NCBI GenBank assembly: GCA_976551045.1
Contig: CDPCPM010000280.1
Location: 1,612,001-1,676,000, forward strand
Source of the DNA: Glaucostegus cemiculus
Lineage: Eukaryota
Length of the DNA: 64,000 bases
Reading direction: 5' to 3'
The notes beneath the pieces were generated by a model. The model was given only the letters and a program-made list of their open reading frames with translations. It was not told the origin of the DNA and searched no databases. Shown piece after piece: positions 63,698 to 64,000 of this stretch (position 1 is its first letter; each line of letters opens with the position of its first letter). A program made the translations under genes and the position numbers.

Positions 63698-64000
63698 GGC
63701 ATCTGTGAAGAGGAGATGAGGGGCATAAGTGGGGCAAGCGCTGGCAAGCCATAGGTGGGTCCAGGTGAGGAGGAGTTGGATTGGCAGATGAAGTTGGGTG
63801 GGGGAGGGAAGGATGGAGGTAATGTGGAGACAACAAAGGGCTGCAGATGATGGACTCTGATAAGAAAGGGCAGAACCAAATAAGGGAGGGAAGGTGGGTA
63901 TAGGGGAATAGTGGGGGCAGGAGATAGGGGACCCATTAGGAAGAGAGTGTGGGTGATGGAGTAGGTGGAGGAGGGGAAAGAAACTGGGTAATAGAGAGCT
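63698..64000 (-). mobile_element. Penelope-associated purine-rich repeat (truncated by window end)
   Basis: gcatctgtgaagagg...ataggtgggtccaggtgagg...gctgcagatgatggactctgataag, similar in layout to 58610-58860. Confidence 0.5.

Overview
Eukaryotic (vertebrate) genomic DNA, not prokaryotic. The repeat landscape (HE1-like V-SINEs, DeuSINE/SacSINE1-like SINEs, CR1, L2, Rex1/Babar, RTE-BovB, Tx1, Penelope) points to a cartilaginous fish, probably a batoid; this is inference only. The window lies inside a + strand MORN1 gene. Four internal exons splice in frame (10658-10754, 12216-12326, 17051-17174, 17953-18128), followed by more than 45 kb in which I found no conserved downstream MORN1 exon. Almost all ORF-track entries are spurious or retroelement debris. 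Most notable observations: a phase-compatible chain of candidate micro-exons in the giant intron; a perfect 63-bp inverted templated insertion flanked by a 10-bp duplication; a pre-miRNA-sized hairpin inside an RTE fossil; V-SINEs with a shared head but different LINE-type tails; Penelope repeats with degenerate hammerhead cores; a Harbinger transposase fossil; and several TE-free, motif-dense candidate enhancers. There is one 221-N assembly gap. Exon coordinates are exact; TE boundaries are approximate. No database searches were run, so family names come from recalled motifs.
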